Assembly: GCA_016934575.1 (NCBI GenBank)
Contig: JAFGSN010000107.1
Coordinates: 1 to 63,471, forward strand
Source: Vicinamibacteria bacterium
GTDB taxonomy: Bacteria > Acidobacteriota > Vicinamibacteria > Fen-336
Length of the DNA stretch: 63,471 bases
Reading direction: 5' to 3'
Numbering within the stretch: position 1 is the first letter of the stretch; every line of letters begins with the position of its first letter. Below, piece after piece: positions 38,098 through 47,557 of this stretch. The position numbers and the translations under genes were made by a program. The notes beneath the pieces were generated by a model that was given only the letters and a program-made list of their open reading frames with translations, did no database searches and was not told the origin of the DNA.

Positions 38098-39330
38098 TCA
38101 CGTCGCGAGACGTTCCAGTCGTTCGGCGGCCTCGATGCACATGCGGCCGTTGTGGTACGGACATTTCCACTCGGAGATTTTGGGCTGATTCGGATCCGGC
38201 GCGCCGTCACGCGACACGCGCCAGAACCATTCGCCGTGACGCCGGTCTATGATGCGATTCTCGATGAAACGCCATGAAGCCAGGGCGGCCTCGAAGAAGC
38301 GCGTCTCTTTCGACAGCTCGAAAGCATTGAGGAATCCGACCACCGCTTCCGCCTGCGGCCACCAGTGCTTGTCGCTGTCCTTGACGCCCCGCGAACTGGC
38401 CGCATAGAACAGACCGCCGTCCGCGTCCCGGCCTTCGCGCCAGACGGCATCGGCCATGGCCAGGGCCTGCTCGCGTACGCGATCGAGCAGCCGCGGATTG
38501 CCGATGACCTCGGCCGCTTCGCAGAGAAGCCAGCTTCCCTCGATGTCGTGACCAAACGAAATGTGGTCGGACTTCACGGTCCATGCTTCGTCGAAGAAGA
38601 GCCGGAATTGACGCCCTCGCGGATCAAGGATGTGTCGCATGAAGAGGTCGATCAGGGCCGTCAAGCGCGCGCGGAGCCGCGTGTCCGGCCAGACACGCAG
38701 AAGGTTCGTATAAGCTTCCATGACGTGCAGGTGCGTGTTCATGGATTTCTTCTCGTTGAGGTCGTCGTCGCTCAGGCGCAAATCCTCGGCCGGTTGCCAG
38801 TCGCGTTCAAAGGTCTCGAGATAACCGTCGTGATCCACGTCGCGGGCGTGCGCCTCGACGAGCTCGAAAACCTCCCGCGCCCGACAAAGCGCCTTCTCCG
38901 AGCCCGTGGCGCGGTGATACTCCGATAACGCGTATACAAGAAAGGCCTGTCCGTAGATCTTCTTCTTCATATCACGCGGTTGTCCGTCGGGATCGAGCAG
39001 CCAGAATGCGCCCCCGTGTTCGACGTCCCAGAAGCGCTCTTCAATATAATCGTATGCGCGTCGCGCGATTGCGAGGCAAGACTCGTCGCCGAGATGCAGG
39101 TAGAACGCCGCGAACGACCAGAGCAACCGCGCGTTCAGAATGAGACCCTTGGAGGCCGCTTGATCGACCTTCAGGTCGTTGCTCATTTGGCCGATGAAGC
39201 CGCCGCGCTCGGCGTCCGGACCATGCGTGCGCCAGAAAGGGATGATGTCGTTCCGCAGCTCTTCCATGAGCGCGCGGGAGAGTTTCCGCCGTGTCGTGCC
39301 GTTCTTCGTTTGAGACTCTTCTCCGCGCAT
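38098..39330 (-). CDS. Cellobiose 2-epimerase (AGE family)
   Basis: LNARLLWSF, KSMNTHLHVMEAYTNL, SFGHDIEGSWLL, WWPQAEAVVG, WKCPYHNGRMC. Start ATG 39330, 1 nt after the GH94 stop. Confidence 0.9.
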   Translation of the reverse strand: MRGEESQTKNGTTRRKLSRALMEELRNDIIPFWRTHGPDAERGGFIGQMSNDLKVDQAASKGLILNARLLWSFAAFYLHLGDESCLAIARRAYDYIEERFWDVEHGGAFWLLDPDGQPRDMKKKIYGQAFLVYALSEYHRATGSEKALCRAREVFELVEAHARDVDHDGYLETFERDWQPAEDLRLSDDDLNEKKSMNTHLHVMEAYTNLLRVWPDTRLRARLTALIDLFMRHILDPRGRQFRLFFDEAWTVKSDHISFGHDIEGSWLLCEAAEVIGNPRLLDRVREQALAMADAVWREGRDADGGLFYAASSRGVKDSDKHWWPQAEAVVGFLNAFELSKETRFFEAALASWRFIENRIIDRRHGEWFWRVSRDGAPDPNQPKISEWKCPYHNGRMCIEAAERLERLAT

Positions 39331-39331
39331 C

Positions 39332-41728
39332 TCAGCCCATCTCGACGGCGACATCGTTGACGTCCCGCAATCGTTCGGCGGGGATGAAGTCATGGGGTAT
39401 CTGCTCGCCGTTGAGCTCGATCCGCCGAACGCCTCGCGACACTTTCTTTTCGTTGCGCACAAGAATGCGCAGGACTTTCCCGCGGAAGCGTCGCTCGATG
39501 CGCAACAGATCCCATGCCTTGGGTATGCAGGGGTCAATCCGCAAGCCGTCGTATTCAGGCCGGATTCCCAGGATGTATTGAGTGACGGCGTGGTAGGTCC
39601 ACGCGGCCGAGCCGCTGAGCCAGGGGATGCGCGAGGCGCCGTGTTTGGGGCTGGCCTTGCCATGCGTCGACTGACAAACGACGTATGGCTCAATCTCGCG
39701 AATCTCGGCCTTCGTGTTGTACGCGGCCGGAAGATAGGCGCGCAAATAGCGATAAGCCTCATCGCCGTTTCCTAGAACGGCTTCGGCCATGACCGCCCAT
39801 CCTTGCGTGTGGATGAAGACGCCGCCGTTTTCCTTGAGCCCGGGATTGAAGAGCGCGGCGCGCACGATGTTGTAATCGGTTTTGGTGAACGGCGGGTCGC
39901 ATAGAGCCAGGCCATAGTCGGAGGCCAGGCGTTCACGGACGCGGCGCATCGCGATTCGCGCCTGTTCCGGTTTGGCGGCTCCGCTCAGGACGGCCCATGT
40001 CTGTGGATTCAAGAAAATCTGTCCTTCGGGGCATTCCCTGGATCCGAACTTCATTCCGTCATGACGATATCCACGGAGGAACCACTCGCCGTCCCATGCG
40101 TGTTTTTGCAGGTTGTCGTCCAGCCGAGACAGCGTTGCCCGGCCCCAGGCCGATTCGCCAGCTTGGTCCAATCGTTCGGCCACCTCTACGTAGACGGCCA
40201 GCGCGAGACGAAGTTGCATGGCCACGAAAACCGACTCTCCGTCATGGCCGAAACGCAGGCAGTCGTTCCAGTCGGCGTGCAACCCGCACGGCAGGCCGTG
40301 CGCGCCCAGGCGATCGAGATTGAACTGGATGGCGCGTCTCAAGTGACCGAAAACCGTGTCTTCGCCCCTGTCCGCATAGGGTAGGATCTTTTCGAAGAAA
40401 GCGATGTCGCCCGTCTCCTTGACGTATGCCGGAACGGCGTTGAAAAGCCAAAGCGCGTCGTCAGAACGATAGTCTTCTTCCCTGGGAGCGGCCTCGTGCC
40501 CCGGTCGATGGCTGAACGGGAGCACGACCGGCAACGCCCCGCCGGTCGACGCCTGACCCGTGATCATCAGCTCCAAACGCTCGCGAGCCTCGTCGGGGAT
40601 GGCGTGCACCACACCCAGGATGTCCTGCGCCGTGTCGCGATAGCCGAGCCCGTCTCGATCGATGCCCGAGTAGATGAGGCTGGCCGCGCGGGACCAGGTG
40701 TAAGTCATCAGGCAGTTGTAGATCCCCCAGGCGTTGATGGTGCTGTTCAGCTCGGCGTCGGGGGTGTGAGCCGAGAATCCCTGGAGACGCGCGTGCCAAT
40801 GGTCTCTCAGTCGCGCAAGCTCGCGATCGGCCCGACGCACGTCGGCGTACTCCGCGATCGCTTGCCGGCCCTCCCGATCCGCGCCGCCGACGCCGACGAG
40901 CACGAGAAACTCGCGCGTTGCCTGCGCGTCGATCGACAGCTCCACCTGCAGGCAACCGCACGGATTGTCGCCCCAGGCCAGAGAGTTCGAACACTCTCCG
41001 CGCTCGACCGTAACGGGATTGGCATACGTGCGATAAGGCCCGAGAAACGCCTCGCGATCCGTGTCGTATCCGGTGACCCGGGCTCCCGCCACGCCTTGGA
41101 AAGTGTGACGTCCCTGATCCTTCTCCTTGAAGTTGTCGGGCATCGCGGGGATGTTGACGTTGGTGCCGTGGTCGATGATCCCGTCCACTACTTTCATCTG
41201 CGTTGTGTATTGCACGTACTGGATGTTGAGCAGGTCGTCGATGGCGTTCCAGTTGCCGGCATATTCCAGATAAGTGAAACCGCTCAGACGGCGTCTTCGT
41301 CCGGATCGGTTCGTCAGTCGGATCTTCCACACCTCGAATAGGCGATCGAGCGGCACGAAATAGGTGATCTCCGCGTCGATGCCGTCATATGCGGAAGAGA
41401 TGCTGGTGTATGCCGTGCCATGACGACAGACAGAACGAAATCGATCCAGCGGTTTGCCCACGGGTTGCCAGGAAACGGACCAATAATCCCCGGAATCGTG
41501 ATCGTGGAGGTACAGGTAGCGGCCCGGTTGATCCATGGGGATCGAGTTGAAGCGCAGGCGAATGAAGCGACCCATCCCTCCGGACCTGTAAAAGCCGTAA
41601 CCGCCGGCGTTGTTCGTGATGATGGCGCCGTATTCGGTGGAGCCTAGATAGTTGCTCCAGGATTTGGGCGTGTCGGGGCGGGTAATGACGTACTCATGCC
41701 GCTCGTCGTCGAAGTGACCGTATTGCAT
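39332..41728 (-). CDS. GH94 glycoside phosphorylase (chitobiose/cellodextrin phosphorylase-like; specificity uncertain)
   Basis: YGHFDD..EYVITRPDTP..WSNYLG, GLGYRDTAQD, ADWNDCL, KENGGVFIH, WLSGSAAW. Confidence 0.92.
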   Translation of the reverse strand: MQYGHFDDERHEYVITRPDTPKSWSNYLGSTEYGAIITNNAGGYGFYRSGGMGRFIRLRFNSIPMDQPGRYLYLHDHDSGDYWSVSWQPVGKPLDRFRSVCRHGTAYTSISSAYDGIDAEITYFVPLDRLFEVWKIRLTNRSGRRRRLSGFTYLEYAGNWNAIDDLLNIQYVQYTTQMKVVDGIIDHGTNVNIPAMPDNFKEKDQGRHTFQGVAGARVTGYDTDREAFLGPYRTYANPVTVERGECSNSLAWGDNPCGCLQVELSIDAQATREFLVLVGVGGADREGRQAIAEYADVRRADRELARLRDHWHARLQGFSAHTPDAELNSTINAWGIYNCLMTYTWSRAASLIYSGIDRDGLGYRDTAQDILGVVHAIPDEARERLELMITGQASTGGALPVVLPFSHRPGHEAAPREEDYRSDDALWLFNAVPAYVKETGDIAFFEKILPYADRGEDTVFGHLRRAIQFNLDRLGAHGLPCGLHADWNDCLRFGHDGESVFVAMQLRLALAVYVEVAERLDQAGESAWGRATLSRLDDNLQKHAWDGEWFLRGYRHDGMKFGSRECPEGQIFLNPQTWAVLSGAAKPEQARIAMRRVRERLASDYGLALCDPPFTKTDYNIVRAALFNPGLKENGGVFIHTQGWAVMAEAVLGNGDEAYRYLRAYLPAAYNTKAEIREIEPYVVCQSTHGKASPKHGASRIPWLSGSAAWTYHAVTQYILGIRPEYDGLRIDPCIPKAWDLLRIERRFRGKVLRILVRNEKKVSRGVRRIELNGEQIPHDFIPAERLRDVNDVAVEMG

Positions 41729-41757
41729 GATCGAGTCCCGCGCGTCTCGTCTGCCGG

Positions 41758-41786
41758 ACGATATTCCGTGGATCGTCTTTCGTCAA
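41758..41786 (-). promoter_or_regulatory. Putative sigma70 promoter for the GH94-epimerase pair
   Basis: Minus strand TTGACG (41786-41781), 17 nt, TATCGT (41763-41758), about 30 nt from the start codon. Confidence 0.5.
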
Positions 41787-41890
41787 GCCAGCGGAACTTT
41801 ATAACGCGCCCTGTTTAGTGGGACTCGCGGCTTGGCTGTATCCCGGCCTCGCCCGTCGTCGCTTGAAGCGAAGCGATCCTCGGCGCTTCA

Positions 41891-42991
41891 TTACTCGAGC
41901 GACGCCAATGCGAAGGAGTAGGCGCCGATGGAAATGGCCCGGCTCGTTCCAAGGCGGGAGACTCCGACTCCGATGCGTTGCAGCGGATCGTACGACACTT
42001 TCCGGCTTGTGCCGGGAACGGCAATCTCGCGCGTCTCGCCACGAAGGAAGCGCCGTAGATCGGCCGGGTCCTCGAGATTGAAGGTTTTCGTTTCGAGGCG
42101 AGGCGTCTGACCGCCCTGGGGATTGATGAACGGCGTGTTCATCTCTTGAACGAGAGCCGGCAGGAAGAGCGGATGTGCGCCGCTCAGTCCCCCGCCGATG
42201 ACGATGAGCCCGTCGATGAGAGCGACGGCGTTGGCCAGAGCGTCGCCAGCGACCTCGCCCAGACGGCGAAAGGCCTCGATTGCCGCTGAACGCTGTCCGG
42301 CGACCTCGCCTGTTCCGATTTGATAAATCTCACGAGGCTCCGGCGCGTTTCCCATGGCGATGCCGGCCTTGGCGGCGAAAACGCGGCGTACGGCTCGGAT
42401 GCTGACGCCTTCCTCGACGTTCGTTTCACGTTCGATCTTGTGGCGCGCCACCCAGATTTCGGCGCCGGCGGAGTTGTCGCCGAGAAAGAGCTTGCCGTTG
42501 TGCACGATGCCGCCGCCGAAGCCCGTGCCGAAGGTGACGCCCAGAAGATTGGCGAAGCGTTTTGGGCTTCCCGCTTGAGCAAGACGCGCGTTGATCTCCG
42601 GAAGGAGGCCGGCGATGGCTTCGCCCAAGGCAAAGAGATCGCCGTCGTTGTTGATGAAAGCGGGCAACTGGAAACAGTCCGTGAGCATCGGTCCCAGGGC
42701 CACGCCTCCGCGAAAAGCCGGGAGATTGGGGAGGTCGCCGATGATCCCGCGCGGATAATCGGCGGGTCCCGGGAAGGCGAAGCTGATGGCGACCGGAGGC
42801 TCCGGAGCCCTGGCGCGGGCTTCGGCAAAACCTCGCACGATGTTATCGAGACAGGCCTGAAGCTTGTCGCCGTACGTGGGCAAGGTGATCGGATCGACGA
42901 CTTCTTGGCCGCCCTGGATGGCCGAGAAGACGAGATTGGTGCCGCCGGCATCGAGCGTCAGCACGCAGCGAGCGTCGTTTGCCGGATCCAT
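41891..42991 (-). CDS. ROK family sugar kinase
   Basis: LDAGGTN, AFPGPADY, INNDGD, TFGTGFGGGIV, GAEI. Confidence 0.9.
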   Translation of the reverse strand: MDPANDARCVLTLDAGGTNLVFSAIQGGQEVVDPITLPTYGDKLQACLDNIVRGFAEARARAPEPPVAISFAFPGPADYPRGIIGDLPNLPAFRGGVALGPMLTDCFQLPAFINNDGDLFALGEAIAGLLPEINARLAQAGSPKRFANLLGVTFGTGFGGGIVHNGKLFLGDNSAGAEIWVARHKIERETNVEEGVSIRAVRRVFAAKAGIAMGNAPEPREIYQIGTGEVAGQRSAAIEAFRRLGEVAGDALANAVALIDGLIVIGGGLSGAHPLFLPALVQEMNTPFINPQGGQTPRLETKTFNLEDPADLRRFLRGETREIAVPGTSRKVSYDPLQRIGVGVSRLGTSRAISIGAYSFALASLE

Positions 42992-42992
42992 T

Positions 42993-44135
42993 TCAGGCGT
43001 CCTGTCGTCCGCCGTCTCTAGTCAGCGAAAGGACCATGAGATATCCGAACGATAAAAGCGGCACGATGAACGCGATTCTTAAACCGGCCGTATCGACCAG
43101 CCAGCCCATGACCGGCGGCAGGATCGCGCCTCCGAAGATCGCCATGCACATGAGCCCCGACAGCTCGGCGCTACGTTCGGGAGCTTTCTCAACGGTGAGG
43201 GAGAAGAGCACCGGCCAGATGTTCGCGAAGCCCAGTCCACAGCAGACCACGCCGGCGATGGCGAGTTGCGGGATCCCCGCGAGCAGCATCAAGAGACCGA
43301 TGATTCCGAGACCGGAGCTGATGCGGAAGAGGGATCGCGGCGAGAGGACCCGCAGCATGGCCCCTCCCAGTAGACGGCCCGCGGTCAATCCGGCAAAGAA
43401 TAGCGTGGGACCCATGAAGCCCGACGGACCGTCTTCGAACCCAACGCCCTTGAGGTGAGGTTTCAACCAGGTGCTCAGGCCGACCTCGGCGCCTACATAG
43501 AGAAAGATCCCGAGAACCGCCAGACCGAAATCAGGCCGTCCGAGCAGGGAGAGACTGCTTCTCATGCTCGGCGGCTCGGCGATTCGAGTCTCCTTCACCT
43601 TGAGCAGCAGCACCGTCAGCAGGCACGCGAGCGTCAGCGCCAGAAACACGGGGAAGACGCGTCTCCAACCCGTCTCGCCCAGCGCCAGGCGCGTGACGAG
43701 AGCCGTACTGGCCACGCTTCCCGCCCCTTTCACGAATTGCGCGAAGCTGAGGTTGCTGGCAAAGCGGCCCTCGGCGCTCACGTCCCGCATGATCGGATTA
43801 CCGGCGACCTGAAGCAGCGTCGTGCCGACTCCCAGAACGAACACGGCCGCCAAAAGAAGCGCGTAACCCGGGACAGCGACGGTCGGTACGAGCACGCCGG
43901 CGGCGTTGAGCGCAAGCGCGACGAGCAGCAGGTTTCGTTTGCCGATCCTCGTCGCCAGCAATCCACCGGGCACGCTGAAGGCGGCGAAAGCGACGAACGC
44001 AAAGGCCGGCAGCAACGCGGCCATGAAGCCGGAGAGCTGATACTGCTTCTGGATGGTCGTGGCCAAAGGCCCCAGCGCATCGACGAAGCCCATGACGAAG
44101 AAACAGAAGAGAATCGGCGGTACGCGGAGCTTCAC
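42993..44135 (-). CDS. MFS sugar transporter (FucP/GluP-like)
   Basis: About 12 TM helices; LLQVAGNP, GIFLYVGAEVG, AIFGGAILP. GTG start 44135 after AAAGGAG. Confidence 0.88.
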   Translation of the reverse strand: MKLRVPPILFCFFVMGFVDALGPLATTIQKQYQLSGFMAALLPAFAFVAFAAFSVPGGLLATRIGKRNLLLVALALNAAGVLVPTVAVPGYALLLAAVFVLGVGTTLLQVAGNPIMRDVSAEGRFASNLSFAQFVKGAGSVASTALVTRLALGETGWRRVFPVFLALTLACLLTVLLLKVKETRIAEPPSMRSSLSLLGRPDFGLAVLGIFLYVGAEVGLSTWLKPHLKGVGFEDGPSGFMGPTLFFAGLTAGRLLGGAMLRVLSPRSLFRISSGLGIIGLLMLLAGIPQLAIAGVVCCGLGFANIWPVLFSLTVEKAPERSAELSGLMCMAIFGGAILPPVMGWLVDTAGLRIAFIVPLLSFGYLMVLSLTRDGGRQDA

Positions 44136-44221
44136 GGGTCGCGCTCCTTTGAAGGCGGGAGACTCATTCCTGATCGCATCCGAATATTGGCGCAGAATAG
44201 TCCTGCGATGATACCGCCAAG

Positions 44222-45214
44222 TCAATGGACGTCCTCATGATGTTTCTTGATGAAGTCGATGACTTCATCCACCCTGCAGAACGCGAGAGCCGTGAAAGTG
44301 TCGGCGGCGCCGTAGTATATGGCGATCCGTCCGCTGGGCGCGTCATAGAGATTCTGACAGGGAAAGACGACGTTCGGCACGTAACCGCTCGTTTCGTAAT
44401 CCTTCTCCGGCGTGAGCAAATAATCGCCGCCGCGGTAGAGCACCTTGTGCGGCTCCTCGAGATCGAGCAACGCGGCGCCGAAACTGTAGACGAAGCCGTT
44501 ACAGGTGCCGGATACTCCGTGATAGAAAAGCAGCCACCCGTCCTTCGTTTCGATGGGAGTCGGTCCGGCGCCGATCTTCGTGCCCTGCCACCATCCTCGA
44601 CCGCCCCGGCCCATCACGAATCTGTGTTTTCCCCAGTGGATGAGATCGGGGCTTTCGCTCACGAAGACGTCTCCGAACGGCGTATGTCCGCTGTCGCTGG
44701 GCCGGCTCAGAAGCTTATAGGTGTTCTTGATCTTGCGCGGAAACAGCACGCCGTTGCGATTGAACGGCAGGAGCGGGTTGGGTAAACGAATCCACGTTCG
44801 GAAGTCCTTCGTTTTTCCGAGGCCGATAGAGGCGCCGCGCATGTCGTCGCACCATACGACGTAGTGCCAGTCGTCGATCTTGACGAAGCGCGGGTCATAG
44901 GCGTAACTCACGGGGCATGGCGCGCCGGTCTCGTCCTGCCAGGGGAGGATCTTGTCTTCGATCCGAAAGTTGATACCGTCCTTGCTGGCGCCGAAGTGCA
45001 GATTGGCTCGGCCGTTTCTGTGGTCGGCGCGGAAGACCCCAACGAATTCGCCTTGATATGGCAGGACGGCGCTGTTGAAGACTCGTGCCGTTGAGGGGCT
45101 CGGATTCCATCCGATGATTGGATTTCGGCTATAGCGCCAGACGATTTGGTCACTGTCCGCGGGTCTTTCTTCCCAAGGAAGATTCTGTAAAGGCTCTCCG
45201 ACGATGGTGGTCAT
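44222..45214 (-). CDS. GH130 (subfamily 2) beta-1,4-mannooligosaccharide phosphorylase
   Basis: PWEERP...WRYSRNPII, FNSAV, YAYDPR, PFNRNGVLFPRKI, RPSDSGHTPFGD, KIGAGP, YYGAADT. From memory, resembles Thermotoga TM1225 / RaMP2-type enzymes. Confidence 0.92.
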   Translation of the reverse strand: MTTIVGEPLQNLPWEERPADSDQIVWRYSRNPIIGWNPSPSTARVFNSAVLPYQGEFVGVFRADHRNGRANLHFGASKDGINFRIEDKILPWQDETGAPCPVSYAYDPRFVKIDDWHYVVWCDDMRGASIGLGKTKDFRTWIRLPNPLLPFNRNGVLFPRKIKNTYKLLSRPSDSGHTPFGDVFVSESPDLIHWGKHRFVMGRGGRGWWQGTKIGAGPTPIETKDGWLLFYHGVSGTCNGFVYSFGAALLDLEEPHKVLYRGGDYLLTPEKDYETSGYVPNVVFPCQNLYDAPSGRIAIYYGAADTFTALAFCRVDEVIDFIKKHHEDVH

Positions 45215-45384
45215 GCTCGCCCCCTGGTCTTTGCCGCCAGCAATCGCTCGCGGAATATCTTCTGAATTATAGCGATGGGACGTTCTTGTTTGCTCCGCAG
45301 TCGCGGCGGGCCGACGGATTCCTGGACGGCGACTTCAGGTTGTGTCATCTTTTATTCGGACACGGCTTTAGATGAGATCCTCTC

Positions 45385-46188
45385 ATGCGACTTTTAGAGA
45401 TGGTGAATCACATGATGCTCTATAGCCCGACCCACAGAGCGTTTCTCTCGTGCAATCGGCGCGTCAAACTCGCCGGCCTGGCGTTCGTGCTGGCCCTGGC
45501 GCCCGCGTCGCCGGGGCATGCGGTTGCGGGTGAGAATTCCTCCCTGGTTTGTGCGGCGCGCCGGGGTAGGACCGATGAAGTGCTGTCTCTGCTGCGTGCC
45601 GGCGCCGACGTGGATTCTCGCGATACGCAGGGTCGAACCGCGTTGTTACGCGCCACGACCGCCGGGCGCCGGGATGTCGTGAAAATCCTCATCAGCGCCG
45701 AGGCTGACGTCGACGCGGCCGATCGCAACGGCCTCACGCCCCTGTTCGAGGCGGTCCGACTCGGTCATATCGAAGCGGCAAGAGATCTGCTCGAAGCCGG
45801 CGCCGATCCGGACCCGCGTTATCGCGAGATCGGCACGCCCCTGGACGTCGCCGAGCGGCAAGGCGATCGGGATCTGTCGGCGCTCTTACGGTCTCACGGC
45901 GCGCGAGGCTCGGGCAAATCGACCGGCGATGTTGTCTGCGTGCGACCGTGGGATGGAGAGGGCTATTGCGGCACGGTGACGGCCGTCGAGATATCGCATT
46001 GGATGTTGCGAGTGACGAAAATCGTCGGCTGCCTGAAGGGATGCACGCCCGGCGATTGCTCGATGGGCCGTCCGGTCGGCGGAGACCAGGCGGACAGAGT
46101 GCGTATTGGCGACGAAGTGCGCGTGGAAGGCGCCTGTCTCACGCATACGGGTCTGGGCTCCGAAGAACAGCGGACGAGACAGCCATGA
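45385..46188 (+). CDS. Exported ankyrin-repeat protein with a Cys-rich C-terminal domain
   Basis: Signal-like LAGLAFVLALAPASPGHAVA; GRTALLRA, GLTPLFEA, GTPLDVA ankyrin motifs; exact start uncertain. Confidence 0.82.
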   Translation: MRLLEMVNHMMLYSPTHRAFLSCNRRVKLAGLAFVLALAPASPGHAVAGENSSLVCAARRGRTDEVLSLLRAGADVDSRDTQGRTALLRATTAGRRDVVKILISAEADVDAADRNGLTPLFEAVRLGHIEAARDLLEAGADPDPRYREIGTPLDVAERQGDRDLSALLRSHGARGSGKSTGDVVCVRPWDGEGYCGTVTAVEISHWMLRVTKIVGCLKGCTPGDCSMGRPVGGDQADRVRIGDEVRVEGACLTHTGLGSEEQRTRQP

Positions 46189-47294
46189 AGCGAACAAGGC
46201 ATGGTTTACGTCGCATGCACGGACACGCGTGGACCGGCGCGCTTGGCATCTTCGTCACGCTCTCCGTCGGATGTGGCGGCGGCGGCGACTCCGCGCCCTC
46301 GCCGACGCCCGAGCCCGCGCCGAGCCTGTCGGGAGTCTTCGAATACGAAGGAATCACTCATGTTTCCTGGTGGTTCGATGAGTACCAGGGAGCGGCAGGG
46401 GCGAGCTCGCGCCAGGCGCTGGACGCGACCGGCGCCAACTGGGCCGGCCTTCTCTTGACCTGGTACATGGATGATCGCAATGCCACGGCAATACGTCCCG
46501 ACGCCCAGCGAACGCCCAGTGACAGCGCGGTCGTTGAAGCCATCCGGAGCTTTCATGGCCTGGGTCTCAAGGTCATGCTCAAGCCGCATGTCGATTCCAA
46601 AGATGGAACCTGGCGCGGCAGCGTGCGCCCTCCGGACGCCGACGCCTGGTTCGCGAGTTATTCCGCGTTTATCGCCGACATGGCGCGCCTCGCGGACGCG
46701 GAAGGCGTCGAGATGCTCTGCGTGGGCACGGAGCTCGCGCGCTTATCGGGCACGGATCTCAGGCGTCAATGGGCGGACCTCATCGCGGCTGTGCGGGCTA
46801 CATATCACGGCCCGATCACTTATGCCGCGAACGCGAACTCGGCGGCCGACGAGTTCACGAGCATCGACTTCTGGGACCTCGTCGATTTCGCCGGCCTCGA
46901 CGTGTACGTTCCGCTCACGAATCGTGACGATCCCTCTCCGGCGGACCTGATCGCCGGCTGGACGCGGAATCGCAACGGCGACAACATGCTGGCGGCATAT
47001 CGCAACTGGCAACGGAGCCACGGCAAGCCGGTCATCTTCACGGAGATCGGCTATCGCAGCGCGAACGGAACGAATCGCGCTCCCTGGGAATTCAGCACAA
47101 CGTTGTCGTACGACGGCGTCGAGCAGGCCGACTGCTACCGCGCCGCCTTTACGGTGTGGCTTAACGAGCGCTCCTGGATGAAGGGCGTCTTCTGGTGGAG
47201 CTGGGACGTGCCGGCGCCGGCGCCGAACGACACGAGTTACACGCCGCGCACCAAACCCGCCGGCGATTTTCTGCGCGAACGCTACTCCAGTTGA
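46185..47294 (+). CDS. GH113-like glycoside hydrolase (beta-mannanase family), predicted lipoprotein
   Basis: ATGA overlap; lipobox-like LSVGC; GANW, GLKVMLKPHVD, CVGTEL (acid/base), YHGPITYAAN, FWDLVD, VIFTEIGYRS (nucleophile). Confidence 0.87.
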   Translation: MKRTRHGLRRMHGHAWTGALGIFVTLSVGCGGGGDSAPSPTPEPAPSLSGVFEYEGITHVSWWFDEYQGAAGASSRQALDATGANWAGLLLTWYMDDRNATAIRPDAQRTPSDSAVVEAIRSFHGLGLKVMLKPHVDSKDGTWRGSVRPPDADAWFASYSAFIADMARLADAEGVEMLCVGTELARLSGTDLRRQWADLIAAVRATYHGPITYAANANSAADEFTSIDFWDLVDFAGLDVYVPLTNRDDPSPADLIAGWTRNRNGDNMLAAYRNWQRSHGKPVIFTEIGYRSANGTNRAPWEFSTTLSYDGVEQADCYRAAFTVWLNERSWMKGVFWWSWDVPAPAPNDTSYTPRTKPAGDFLRERYSS

Positions 47295-47557
47295 GACCTT
47301 TCGGCGCGATACGGCATCGGACGCCGAATCCAAGATTTTGTTGACTGGTTGATCGTCGTCGCTTAGGCTGACGACGGACGTGAGTTTTCGTGACGAGATG
47401 AGCGGCGCCGAGCATCGCGTTTCTCTAGCGTCCGGACGTGCCGCGCTCTTGTTGGTTTTACGCGACGGCGTCGTCGCCGCCGGCTATAACTTGTCGGAAA
47501 ACGAATGATCGACCACCGACTCGTCATGCGGCGAATCTTCAATGGAAACCGCCGCTC

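Noticed and set aside
39331-39762. N-terminal extension of the epimerase ORF (554 aa)
   Set aside because: Overlaps the GH94 C-terminus; family similarity starts after ATG 39330. The long starts at 9271, 33482, 45948 and 59391 were trimmed for the same reason.
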